Below are positions 26,975 through 41,633 of a stretch of 64,000 nt of DNA, in pieces (positions within the stretch are counted from its first letter, which is position 1; every line of letters starts with the position of its first letter). Source of the DNA: the human T2T-CHM13v2.0 reference genome, Homo sapiens. The notes under the pieces are model-generated. The model was given only the letters and a program-made list of their open reading frames with translations. It was not told where the DNA came from and made no database searches. Location of the stretch: the NCBI RefSeq assembly GCF_009914755.1, contig NC_060927.1; one strand, 5' to 3'. Position numbers and translations under genes: made by a program.

Positions 26975-29545
26975 GGATTTCTGGTTCTAGACAAAATAAA
27001 ATAGACACATTTCTCCTTATTCTTCCAACTAAGGCTGAGCATCCCTAATCAGAAAATCAGAAATACTTCAAAATCCAAAACTTTTTGAGCACTGACATGA
27101 CACTCAAAGGAAATGCTCATTAGATAATGCAAATATTCCAAAATCCAAAAAAATCCGCAATCCAAAACACTTCCAATCCCAAGCATTTCAGATAAGGAAT
27201 ACTTAACCTGCATAGATAAAACTCTTGGGCCTTATAAATAAAAACAAACATAAGAAAATTTAGAAAGATGGTGGCAAACCAGCTAGGGATCCCCAGACTT
27301 GAGGAATGACATGGTGGCAAGTTCTTTGGTTTACCATTTGTATTCTGCATATCCCAAACCGGATACTGGAGAATTCCATGACCCGGAAACACCAATGAGT
27401 ACCAAGTTTACTCAGTCTTGCCAAAGGACCAGGAAGGGACAGTCTAGCTAGACAGAGCCATTAATGATAATAACCACCATACTCCAGGCAAACAACATGG
27501 AAAAAACACAGTATCTCACCACTCCCATTAACAAAGACCTGGTAGATAAGCTAGGTACATTCTTGGCTGGTGGTAACAAGGTACACCTCACCCTCCTTAC
27601 TGGAGTAGTGTCAGAAAAGGCCAGGTATGGAGCTTGGACTCTTACAATCACCTAGTGCTAAGAAGGTGCCTCTCTCCGACTGCCCCTCCTCCCCCACTCC
27701 CACTGTGGTATCAGTGGAGGCAACATGTGGGGCCTGGACATCCCCCTCCACCATAACAAGGTTAATAAGGCACTCTTCCTTGTCCCTGCAGAGGTGGTAT
27801 CAGAAGAGATCAAGTGGGGATTCTGGACTTTGAGTACTACCCAGTGGTAACAAGATGCCCCTCTTAACCATTCCCCATAGTGTCAGTGGAGGCTAAGTGG
27901 ATAGCCTGGACTTTTACCACCACCTGGCAATAATGAGGTGCCCCTCTCCACTCCTTCCAGCACAGTATCAATGGAGGCCATGTGGGGAGCATGGACTTCC
28001 ACTTCCTCCTGGCAGTATCAGGGCATCCCTTCCTTTTAGGGGTATCAACGAAAGTTGAATGGGGTGCCTGGAGTTCACCATCCACCTAGTGTCTTCCTTC
28101 CCCTGCCGGTGTGGTGTCAGTGAAGCCTGCTAACACAGAAGATTCAAATAAGACTGAAAGTCTTATAATCTCCAAAATGTCCAGAATGTAACTAAAAATC
28201 ACTCATCATACCAAGAACCAGGAAAACCACAACTTGATTAAGAAAAGGAAATCAACAGTTTATAACACTGAGGTGACACAAATATTAGAATTATATGACA
28301 AGGATTTTACAGCAGCTGTCATAGAAATGCTTAAACAAGCGATTACTAACATACTGGAAAAAGTATAGAAAGCTTCAGCAAAGAAATAGAAGATATAAAG
28401 AAGAACTGAATGGAAATTTTAGAACTGAAAAATACAATATCCAAAATAAAAAGCTAACTCACTGGGTGCCATAGCAGAATGGAGGTAGGAAGCAGAGAAC
28501 TTGAAAATCAAATAGAAAATACCAAATCTGAATGATAAAGAGAAAATAATAAATTGGATTTCATCAAAATTAAAAAGACCCTGTTGAGGGAGATGAAAAG
28601 ATAAACTGCAAATTGGGAAAAAATATTTGCAAACCGCAAATCAAACACAGAATGCATACCTATAATATATAAAGAACGCTTAAAACTTAACAGTAAAAAA
28701 TTAACCCAATTAGAAAACGGACAAAAGACATGAACAGATATTTCATCAAAGAGGATATATGGATGTCAAATACACACATTAAAAAGATGTTCAGCCATTA
28801 TGCAAAGTGGTTTTGCAGTTTCTTAAAAAACAAAACATTCACTTATTGTATGAGCTAGCATTTGCACTCCTGGGCAATTATCCCAAAGAAATGAAAACTT
28901 AGGTCCACACAAAAACTTATACACAAATGTTCATAGTAGTATTATTAGAATAGCTAAAAATTAAAAACAATATGCATGTCCTTCAACAGGTGAATACAGT
29001 GGTATATTCATAATATGAAACATTATTTATACTGAAAAGAATGAACTATTGATACATACAACAAAACTGATGGATCTCAAGGGCATTATGGCACATGAAA
29101 AAAGCCAATTTCAAAGGGTTATATACTGCAAGATTCCAGTTAGAAAACATTCTCAAAATGACAAAATTGAACACAGATTAGTGGTTGCTAGGGGTTAAGG
29201 ATGTGAGGAAGGTAGGGAAGGGAGGAATGTGACTATAAACTAGTAGCACAAAGGACGTATTTGTGGTGATGGAGTAGCTCTGTATTTTGGTTTTGGTGGT
29301 GCTTAAATATACATGTCACAAAATTGCATAGAACCACACACACAGATAGTCAAATCAGTGCATGTAAAACTGGTGGAATCTGAATGTGGTCCGCGAATTG
29401 TACCAATGGCAGTTTCCTGGTTTTGATACTGTGCTACAGTTATGTAAGATGTCACCACTGGAAGAAACTGGGTGAAGGGTACATAGAAGCTCTCTGCACT
29501 ATTTTCCCAAATCTACAATTATTTCAAAATAAAAAGTTAAAATGA
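26975..29545 (+). mobile_element. Internally deleted L1MD-like element (5' UTR with tandem units, ORF1 start, ORF2 end, 3' UTR)
   Basis: ORF1-like A-rich segment 28130-28550, ORF2 3' motifs, L1MD-type end (gtttcctggttttgatactgtgctacagttatgtaagatgtcacc...aaataaaaagtt). Confidence 0.7.
27031..27210 (-). mobile_element. Tigger4a/MER46A-type element nested in the L1 5' region
   Basis: aggctgagcatcccta...aaggaatacttaacctg TIRs; inverted relative of the copy at 863-1238. Confidence 0.75.
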
Positions 29546-29578
29546 AAAGAGTTGAAAAGGAGGGATTATATATAGTAC

Positions 29579-29757
29579 CTGAGCTGATGCAGCTCATGCT
29601 GCCAGGAGAGGTTTTCCTGCCTGAGCTCTTCTTGCATAATCTGAAATGCTTTTGTCTTATCTTGATACTCCTGAAGTTGAGCCTTCAGTGGATGTAACTC
29701 AGTGATCTCTTGATTAATCTGTAAGTATTGCTGCTGCAGATTCTTCAATTCCTTCAG
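29579..29757 (-). CDS. GOLGB1: GOLGB1 exon 15 (LKELKNLQQQYL...HELHQL)
   Basis: 179 nt, taaag/gtacta, phases consistent; overlaps ORF 29566-29748. Confidence 0.96.
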
Positions 29758-30928
29758 CTTTAACCAAAGGGAAAGTAAAATGATTATTTGTCACATCTCA
29801 TTCATCTAACTGTAAGTCATTGGTAGCTCCCTACTAAGTAGTCAGACACCACAACATGAAACCAGCACCTAACAGTCCACTGATGACATATCACTGCAAC
29901 ATAAGTCTCTAAAGTAGTGAAATACATGCAGCTAGGCTGGTGGAAATCACCCATGGAGCTGCCATCAAGGCTACAGGGTGTGACTATTCCTGCAACTTCT
30001 ACTCCTTCCCCTGGCTCCTAAGGTCCTAAGTTCACTTTAGGGCTACAATTCTGACGTGGGGTAGACTTAAGAGACCTAGAGCTTCACTGTGGGTGGTCAC
30101 ATCCTAAAACAAGAACTAGTCATGTGTCCTTGTTAGGGTTCTTAACTTTCCTACAGGGCTATCAATCTTAACTGTAGCTTAGCGGATACTGATTATAAAG
30201 AAGGCAGTGCTGCTCAGTGGTTAAGGACACTTAGGCTCTGGAGTTAGATATCCTACTACTTCTTGGACGTGTGACCCAATGCATGTTCCTCATACTCTTC
30301 TTTTTTTTTTGAGAGGGAGTCTTGCTCTGTTGCCCAGGCTAATTTTCCTCATCTATTAAATGAAGATAATTATAGTACCTTTTTCATAAGAATATGAGAA
30401 GTAAATGAGCAAATTAATGCACTTCACACATAAAGTTAGTGATGATGACAGACTTGCCTTTAATTAACAACACTGCCTACCTACATTTCAGATATATTTT
30501 CAACTTCTTTATCTCCAATACTCATTAAAAGCTTAGTAAGGGAGAAATAATATCAGGACATCTGGGCAAAGATGGGGGTCTTGTTCACATACCTCTTTCA
30601 CCCACTTAGAGACATCGCTAAAGCTAAAATAATAGCATTTTTTAAAGCACAAAACACAAGAACAGGAAAAACAATAGAGGAATCAGCAGCAATAAAATTA
30701 ATTTTGGAAGCTGAAAAGCAGATGAGTAAGTGGTAACTGACTTAACAGATCTGAGAAAGCAGAATCTAAAGCTGGTAGTAAGAAAATCCAAGAATCAGTG
30801 GAACTTACTCTGCAGAATCTTCAAAAGGCTCAGGAATTAACAGCATCAGGCACCTCTGGAAAAGATGGTGATGGGGGTGGGAGGGAGGTGATAGCTGAGA
30901 TAAGGAGGTCTAGATGAAAGCTGCTTAA

Positions 30929-31207
<279 letters not shown>

Positions 31208-31738
31208 TGAGGCACAGTTACAAGTAAGGGTATTGTTCCAAATAAAGTGAATGCATGCTTCCTGAGTGCTTGAAGTCTTTCCCCTACTGAGCTTGAAGAG
31301 TGCTGGTAAAAGGCCTTTTCCCTCCACAAAGGAAATGAAAAGTCTTCTCTTGAAAATCTGACCAGCCCAAGAAAAACTAAAGATACTGAGATAAGGGCTA
31401 CCAATAAGCTCAATAAGATCATCATGCAATGAAACTCCGTTGGTAAGTCCTACCCACAAGGTTTTAGACCCTCCCCTTAAACATGAAGAGTACATTGAGG
31501 ATTAACCTTCACCTGAAGAATGGCTAACATTAAGGAAGGGAAGAAAACCAACTAGAGAAGGTAATTTAGAAGAGATTATCAGGGGAGAAAATGTAATGTA
31601 CTCAAAGATTTAAGAGATAACATTGTAAATAAGAAACATTACAGCATAAATTAAAAATTATAAAGAAAAACTCATTATAAGAAAACGTCAAAAAACAAAA
31701 CTACCACCATTAGCCTTAGAAAGAGAAGAAAATCTACC

Positions 31739-32087
<349 letters not shown>

Positions 32088-33145
32088 TTAAGAATATAAT
32101 GGCAAAAATGAAAAAAATGTTGGAATCAAAAGACGAAGGCAAGAAAATCTTCCAGAAATACAGCAAAAAAAAAAAAAAAGGGAAAAGTTAAGAAAATTAG
32201 AGAAGCAATCAAGAAGGTCCTACATCTAAATAACAAACATTTCAGAAATAAGACAACAGAGAAAAAGGATAGAGGAAAATGGTAAAAAATAATTTAATGA
32301 AATTTCCAAAAAGCTGCTAGTATGATTTCTTAGATTCAAAGGACTAGTTAGCATGATGAAGAAAAAAAGACCTATACCAAATTATACTATCAAAAAATTT
32401 CAGAATAGGGGAGAAAGGGAGGGAAGGTGGGGTGAGGGGAAGGGAAGTGAGAAACAGATCACATACAAAGGATCAGGAATCAGAATAGCTTTAGACTTGT
32501 GAACCACATATAAGCTAAAAAGCAATAAACCAATGTCTTCACAATTTTGAAGGGAAATTATTTTCAGCCTAGAATTCTATATCCAGCAAAACTATCAATC
32601 AGATAAGAGAGATAAAAAGACATTTTCAATAAATTTACCTTCCACATACCATTTCTTAGGGATCTACTGAATGATTTATTCCAGGAAAAAGATGGCACAA
32701 AACCAAGAAAAGGAATACATAGAATAGACAAAATAGGAGATCTAATATAGGAGAAAGGTAAAGGGAAATATTCTGGGATAGAAAGGGTATCCTAGGAGTA
32801 CAGGGCCACTGGTTGATATAGGAGCAAATCAGGTACTCCAGGAGAATTTTCTTCCTGAAGATGAAATTGATGGGAATAAACATCTTGAAAGGAGATGTGG
32901 ACAAATGGCAGTAAATCTGAGGTTAAATTACATTAAGTACAAAGAAAACTAAGGAACAACAATAACAAAAACTTATTAATCTGGGAAAAACAGAAAGACT
33001 CAGGAAAATAAAAGTAACATGTCTCTAACGCTCTAGTAGCATTTGTAGTCATAAAAAATGTAACTCTGAATTGATTTAACCAAAATTAAAATTAAATTAC
33101 ATCAAGAAAATGAGGAAGGGGTTTGTATTAAAATGTGCACACACT

Positions 33146-33533
<388 letters not shown>

Positions 33534-34884
33534 TTAGTGTAAAGAAAATCAATAGTTGATGCAACAAAGAGCCAAAAATGCAATATAAGCATGATATTTA
33601 CATACACAGGAAATACTGAAAGAATAAGCTAAAAGGGTTGAAAGCAAATTGCCTCAGAAGAAATGGGGTTGAGGTAGTGCTACTCTTAGCTTTTCCCACC
33701 AAACATTGTAGAATTTAGTGACTAATTAAATATGGGTCATATAACTTTATTTTTAACCCAAACCCCAAAACATATTTTTGTTTTGATTTAAGGTAAAAAC
33801 ATATTCCTTTATGCAATCCACTCACTCCTCTAGTCTAGATACTAGACTAGAGGTATCCTAGAATGGACCATCAGAAAGCTGTGTGCCTGGGACTGCATTT
33901 TAGCTCCTTGGAGTGGTAGTTTTAGTGAACTGGACGTAATTCTTTTGCTCTGCACTTACATTAAGGGACAGCTAAATAAAAACCCTAAAAAACACATTAT
34001 TATATTTACTGTAGAGAAGTAATGGATGTTTCACAACTGCACAGTGTTCTCTTTATGGGAACACAGAAGAAATTTCTTACAGGCCTCAATACTTAAAGAC
34101 TATTCTTGTCTTGAGTAGGTGATTTTTCTTTCTCCTTTTCTCCTAGACTATAAATACTGCAGTTCATGCATGCGGTTTTCATTCCCTCTTTCTGATGGCT
34201 AATAGAAACCTCAGAGCAAACTATGGATCCCTCTTTCTAACACAGTACAGGATATGGTGACTTCCCCTTGGGACACTAACCTTACTCCTGGTTTGATCTT
34301 TTTCTAGCCTATCCTCTTTTTCTCCTCCTTCTCAGTCCCTTTTATTTTATCTTGAAAAATTGTTTATATCTTTATATGCTACCCCAAGTCATTTTCAGAA
34401 TGAGGAGAGTATAGATAAATACAGGCACCCCTAGAGATATGTCATCTGCTTAGTCAGTTCTATGCTAAAGATGTACAAATAAGTATAAGACATGACACTT
34501 ACCAGGAGTTTGCAATCTAATTGGGGAAATAAAAAATAGTGTACAGAAATTAAACATATACACACACACACACACAATAAGGCAATATGGGACAAATGAT
34601 AAGTAAAATACTAGGGAAGTACAAAGGCAAAAGACAATCAGGCAATCACGAAATGTAAGAAGAGGATCTGAGCTCTGGAATGACCTTTAAATAGTGGGAA
34701 ATAGACACTCAAAAAAGGAAAGCAATTGGGAGAACATTTTGGCTGCTGAAGATAATATGGGTAAGTAGGAAGTACCAGGTGTGATTATTGCATACTGAGT
34801 AGATCAGTTTGGTGTGAATGAAGGGTATGAGTAGGGAGCAGTAAAAGGGAACGCTGGAAAGGTATGGATAAATTACAGGGTCTT

Positions 34885-35280
<396 letters not shown>

Positions 35281-36049
35281 TCAGAAAGACTTATATGGCG
35301 ATGGTCTGAAAATACTGGTGAGATGATAACCTGGAAGCAACATTATTAGAACAGTTTAAGGGTAAAGTGTTAAAGCTTATCTTAGGATGTTGAAGATGGA
35401 AAATAAAAATACTTGAGGCACACTGTGAATAAAGGAGTGATACATCTTGATGGTTAAAATAAAATCACAGTTATGAGCATTTGGGAACAGAATAATATGA
35501 CTCTGAATTACAGAAACACGAAAATAAAAAAGTTGGCTTGGCTGTAACTATCCAGCAGACAAAAATGTGCAAAGTTTAGTGCCTAGTGTTTATAACAGAT
35601 AAGAATAATAAAGCAATTCACTGAATTAAACATAGTTAGCTAATTCAGAATCTATCCTAACAGCTCCATGAAAAAAGATTTTGACTTAGAAGATAATCAA
35701 TACCAGCATATCATAAATTACAGCTTTGAGGCACATACCATCCTGATGAATAGAACCTTTTGCATTTACGGTCTGAAAAGACAGACAAAAGGCCAAGCTC
35801 CCAGGGCAAAGTCAGCTAAACTCAAATTATTTAAAAAATATAAACAAGTATGTGTATGTTGGAAGTAAAAACCATAACTGAACAGAGAGGCTTTGTTCGG
35901 ATTACAAAAGGGGAAAGACTGTCTATAAATATGGGATATTAAGTGAGATAGGAATGAATACAATTACCTACAATAAAAAGGAAAAACTCACTCTACAGTT
36001 AGGGGTAATAATCTTTTCACTAGAGCTCATCTTAAAAATTAGAATTTTC

Positions 36050-37554
36050 GCTCTCCCTCTCCCTCTCCCTCTCTCTCTCCCCATGGTCTCCCTCTCCCTC
36101 TCTTTCCACGGTCTCCCTCTGATGCCGAGCCAAAGCTGGACTGTACTGCTGCCATCTCGGCTCACTGCAACCTCCCTCCCTGATTCTTCTGCCTCAGCCT
36201 GCCGAGTGCCTGCGATTGCAGGCGCGCGCCGCCACGCCTGACTGGTTTTCGTATTTTTTGGATGGAGACGGGGTTTCGCTGTGTTGGCCGGGCTGGTCTC
36301 CAGCTCCTAACCGCGAGTGATCCGCCAACCTCGGCCTCCCGAGGTGCCGGGATTGCAGACGGAGTCTGGTTCACTCAGTGCTCAATGGTGCCCAGGCTGG
36401 AGTGCAGTGGTGTGATCTCGGCTTGCTACAACCTCCACCTCCCAGCCGCCTGCCTTGGCCTCCCAAAGTGCCAAGAGTGCAGCCTCTGCCCCGCCGCCAC
36501 CCCGTCTGGGAAGTGAGGAGCGTCTCTGCCTGGCCGCCCATCGTCTGGGACGTGAGGAGCCCCTCTGCCTGGCTGCCCAGTCTGGAAAGTGAGGAGCGTC
36601 TCTGCCCGGCCGCCATCCCATCTAGGAAGTGAGGAGCGTCTCTGCCCGGCTGCCCATCGTCTGAGATGTGGAGAGCGCCTCTGCTCCGCCGCCCCGTCTG
36701 GGATGTGAGGAGCGCCTCTGCCCGGCCGCGACCCCGTCTGGGAGGTGAGGAGCATCTCTGCCCAGCCGCCCCATCTGAGAAGTGAGGAGACCCTCCGCCT
36801 GGCAACTGCCCCATCTGAGAAGTGAGGAGCCCCTTGGCCTGGCAACCACCCCGTCTGGGAAGTGAGGAGCGTCTCCGCCTGGCAGCCACCCCCTCCGGGA
36901 GGGAGGTGGGGGGGTCAGCCCCCCGCCCAGCCAGCCGCCCCGTCCGGGAGGGAGGTGGGGGGGTCAGCCCCCCGCCCGGCCAGCCGCCCCGTCCGGGAGG
37001 TGAGGGGCACCTCTGCCCGGCCGCCACCCCGTCTGGGAGGTGTACCCAGCAGCTCATTGAGAACGGGCCATGATGACAATGGCGGTTTTGTGGAATAGAA
37101 AGGGGGGAAAGGTGGGGAAAAGATTGAGAAATCGGATGGTTGCCATGTCTGTGTAGAAAGAAGTAGACATGGGAAACTTTTCATTTTGTTCTGTACTAAG
37201 AAAAAATCTTCGGCCTTGGGATCCTGTTGATCTGTGACCTTACCCCCAACCCTGTGCTCTCTGAAACATGTGCTGTGTCCACTCAGGGTTAAATGGATTA
37301 AGGGCGGTGCAAGATGTGCTTTGTTAAACAGATGCTTGAAGGCAGCATGCTCGTTAAGAGTCATCACCACTCCCTAATCTCAAGTACCCAGGGACACAAA
37401 CACTGCGGAAGGCCGCAGGGTCCTCTGCCTAGGAAAACCAGAGACCTTTGTTCACTTGTTTATCTGCTGACCTTCCCTCCACTATTGTCCTATGACCCTG
37501 CCAAATCCCCCTCTGTGAGAAACACCCAAGAATGATCAATTAAAAAAAAAAAAA
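36050..37554 (+). mobile_element. SVA retrotransposon (SVA_D-like), structurally complete, antisense in GOLGB1 intron 14
   Basis: CCCTCT hexamers (36051-36120), Alu-like domain (~36120-36480), GC-rich VNTR (~36480-37040), SINE-R (~37041-37540), A tail; perfect 16-bp TSD aaaaattagaattttc (36034-36049, 37555-37570) at a TT/AAAA site. Confidence 0.97.
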
Positions 37555-37732
37555 AAAAATTAGAATTTTCAGATTCTGGGTATGGGTCACATTTCAAAAT
37601 GGAAAGCCTAGCCTTTCAAAACTCCATTTATTTCCTATTTGGCCTATTTTCCTACAAATACAAAGCCTTGATAGAGTTAACAGACTATCATGAAAGTGAA
37701 GACAGTAATGTTGCCAAGTAGAATCCCCTAAC

Positions 37733-37812
37733 AAGCCAAGAGTGGTGGCTCATGCCTGTAATCCCAGCTACTTGGGCGGCTGAGGCAGGAGGACTGCTTG
37801 AGCCTAGGAGCA
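37733..37812 (+). mobile_element. Short Alu monomer fragment (FAM/FLAM-like)
   Basis: gtggtggctcatgcctgtaatcccagctact...gcttgagcctaggag. Confidence 0.7.
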
Positions 37813-38562
37813 GTAGAATCCTGACAACCTGGCTTGGCTCATACAGTTCCAGTTTTGCCCCTGAATCTTGGGAGACCTGGATTAAACTCCTGACTCCTAC
37901 TAAAAGCTGTCAAATGTCAGCATTAGGAAGCCTCTTTAGCTTTTTCTCCCATTGGAAATGTTGGGTATTAAAAGGAAGTGGGTAAATGGTTCAGCCTGCA
38001 AATAAAACTTTACTAAAAAGTCATTTCAACTTATTTAAAGGAACTCTTTTTACGTCACTTTTTTTTATTTTTGACAAATTAGGGTTGAGTTACCCATGAG
38101 ATGAACTGAGTCCTTTCTGCTCCAAATTCTACCAGATAATCTATTGCTAAATTGTAAACAAGACACTAAATGATCCTTATACTTCACTGTAAGAAGGCAC
38201 TAAGTGATCCTTTTACTTTCTTTCAGTTAAGCTATGACAAATTCTGGAAACATTTACACATGTCTTTGTGTATATAAAATATATAAAACAGTTCTCCACC
38301 TCTTAGTCCTTTTATAACCAATGGAGAGTTTTGTGCCAAGGAAATTTCTGATTTTTTTTCTAATGGTATTGGCAGGTTTAGCAATTTAAATCATGTTTCT
38401 GTGCTTCTCTAAGACCAAACAGAACCTGTGGGATACATAATACTTTCCCTGCGTTCCCAGATAATATGTATAAGAATGTGTTTATCCTTTTCTATAAAAA
38501 TAAATTTAAAGAAAGGTTCAAAAACTCTTAAACAGATCAGAAAGAAAGAACTAGCTACTCAC

Positions 38563-40474
38563 TAGTCTGTCTCTGTCATTTTGGAGTGAAGACATAGCTT
38601 TTTTTAAACTCTGTACTTCAGCTGGGCTGGTGGAAGGCTGAGCTGCAGACCTCTGCTTCCCTTCCTCTGACTTTCGAAATTTCTCCAGCTCATTCCACAG
38701 GTGATCTCTCTCATTCTGCAGACTGGCCATAGCCTTGGAAAAGGACTGCACTTGGTTATAAGAATCTTCTAGTTGTGAGGACAAGTGAAGCAATTGCTCA
38801 TCTTTGGATAGGAGCTGTTGGTTAAGTTTCTCAAGGTGAGACAAGCTATTCTCCTCAGTGGAGTTCATTGAAAAGGCGGTTTCAGAAAGAAGAGCATCTC
38901 TCTCTCTGTTTAAGAGTCCCTGTTCTTTCAACTGTGCCAATTCCTTCAGACTGGCATCATATTTCCTTTTCAGTTCATCAAGTTCCTCATTGGCATGATC
39001 TCTACTATTTTGCAAGGAACTCATAGACCTTCCAAAAGACTGAATTTGTGCTGTGAGACCTTTATTTTCTTTGGTGACCATGAGTAATTTCTGTTCCATC
39101 TCCACCAAATCTCTTGCTAGCTCTGCCACTCTCTCTTCTGCTGTTTCAGTTTCATTTCTCATTATCCCTGCATCATGATGAAGATGCTTTAATTCTTTCT
39201 TCAGTTTATCTTCAATTTCACCTACCTTCTTGGCAGCTTCCTTTTGAACACAAACCAATTCTTCTTCCAGTTCTGCAATTCTCTTTTGAGAGGAGGAAAA
39301 CAAAGCACTTAACCTGTGTACCTCTTCTTCTTTTACTTTTAACTGGGCATGATAGAGTCCTAAAGTACCTTCTTCTTGCAAGGCTGTTACTTGTCTTGTT
39401 AGCTGGGATATAGATACTTTCAAACTCTCAATCTCTTTAGATAAATCTTGTTTCTCTTCTTGTAGGGCATTAAAGGACCTCCGCAGATCCTCATTTGCTT
39501 CCTCAGATTCCTTCAGCTTTTCTTCTAATTTAGCATATTTATTTTCCAGCTCCTTATTTTGCTGAAGTTGAACTTCAAGAAGCTGCTTTTGTTGGCTGTC
39601 CTTTATTGTTATCACTTGGTTCAGGTCTTCTCTATATTGGATCAGTTCTGCATCTAGCTTGGCATTCTCAGAATTGAGATCATCCATATGACTTCTCAAG
39701 CCTCGTATTTCTTCTTTAAGCTTATTATTCTCTGCAGCAGCCTCTTGGATGAGTTGGTCTTTTTCCAAGATTATAGAGAGATGTCGCTCTTCCAGCTGTT
39801 GATAGTCACCCACTATGCGGTCTCGATCATTTTGGAGAGAAGACATGGATTTAACAAAGGAATCCAACTGTGCCTTTTGCTGAATGTTTTCCTTTTTGAT
39901 GGTTTTCAGTGTTTCCATAAGCTGATTGGTTTTATCAACAGCCTTTTTGTTCTCCTCTTCTAAAACAATATTCTCCTCTTCCTCCTGGGACAGCAGGTTT
40001 TCCAGCTCTTTAATTTCTTTATCATGTTGCTGACGCAGTTCAGCAATAGCTACTTGGATTGCCTCTTCCTTGCCAGAAAGCAGGCTTATAATCTTTTGCT
40101 CTTTCATATTTATTTCTTCATGCAGCCTACTGGTCAGTTCTCTGGAGGCCTGAAGATCAGTCTCCAGTTGTTCATAACTGAACTTAGAATTTTGAATATC
40201 AGCCTCTTGCTGCCTTATGATCCCTTCCAAGTTTCCTTTTTGTTCCTTACATTTTTCTAAAGAGTTACTTAAATCAGTCAACTGGTCTTTGAGACTCTTA
40301 AGTTCTGATTCCAACTTAGCTAATTCATTCTGAGAACTGTGGTATAGGTGGCGTGTCTCTTCTAGCTGGGACAAAAGTTCTTTGTTTTCCCCCTGTAGAG
40401 TATCACAGACCTTCTGCTGAAGCTGGACCTCTGTCTGGGCCTTGGACTCCCAAATCTGCTTGTCATGTTCAAGC
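38563..40474 (-). CDS. GOLGB1: GOLGB1 exon 14, 1,912 nt coiled coil (LEHDKQIWESK...QNDRDRL)
   Basis: tttcag/gtgagt; contains ORF 38551-40374; phase 2 in and phase 0 out. Confidence 0.97.
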
Positions 40475-40925
40475 CTGAAACAGAGAGAAGGTCATTAGTT
40501 ACAGATTTCAAGAAAAAAACTGTGTTTCCCAAGGAACAAATACTATAACATGTACTCAATAGATTTACAAATGAATTAACATTCATAACAGGTGTTAAAT
40601 ATTTTACTGAAGAGGTATTAATTCTCTGCACCTACATGTTTATCTACTGAGTGCTATGTATTAAAGGTATATCATACTTAAGGGTTCATATATTTAAGTC
40701 ATAAACTCCAAAATATGTCACTTATTTTAGTGACATGGTTTTCAACACTGAAAAGTAACATTTTCTCCTATTTTATTCTACTTTGCTCCAGACAAGCTAA
40801 CGTTTGGCTTCTCTAAGGGATAATCTTGATATGAAAGACAGTGAGAAAATCTGTTTTAGAACAGAAGGGTCCTATTGGAAGTAAGGAATACAAAGGATGA
40901 GAGACATTATTAGTTCTATAGCTTA

Positions 40926-41539
<614 letters not shown>

Positions 41540-41633
41540 TTAGTCCCATTGTCTAAAAGGAAACAGAAATAGTTTAGAGACTTTCTTTGCTTGAAGTTAC
41601 CTCTGGAGGAGGAAAAATTCACTACTCATTTAC

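Noticed and set aside
27595-28125. Repeat-spacer-like periodicity suggesting a CRISPR array
   Set aside because: Units are degenerate along their whole length, sit in an L1 5' region in human DNA, and there are no cas genes.
36162-37535. Cluster of overlapping GC-rich ORFs up to 228 aa
   Set aside because: All lie in the SVA Alu-like, VNTR and SINE-R domains; stop-poor repeat sequence rather than genes.
38163-38220. Imperfect ~22-bp duplication (cactaaatgatccttatactt); similar small duplications near 7592, 13435 and 49689
   Set aside because: Ordinary slippage duplications with no further structure.
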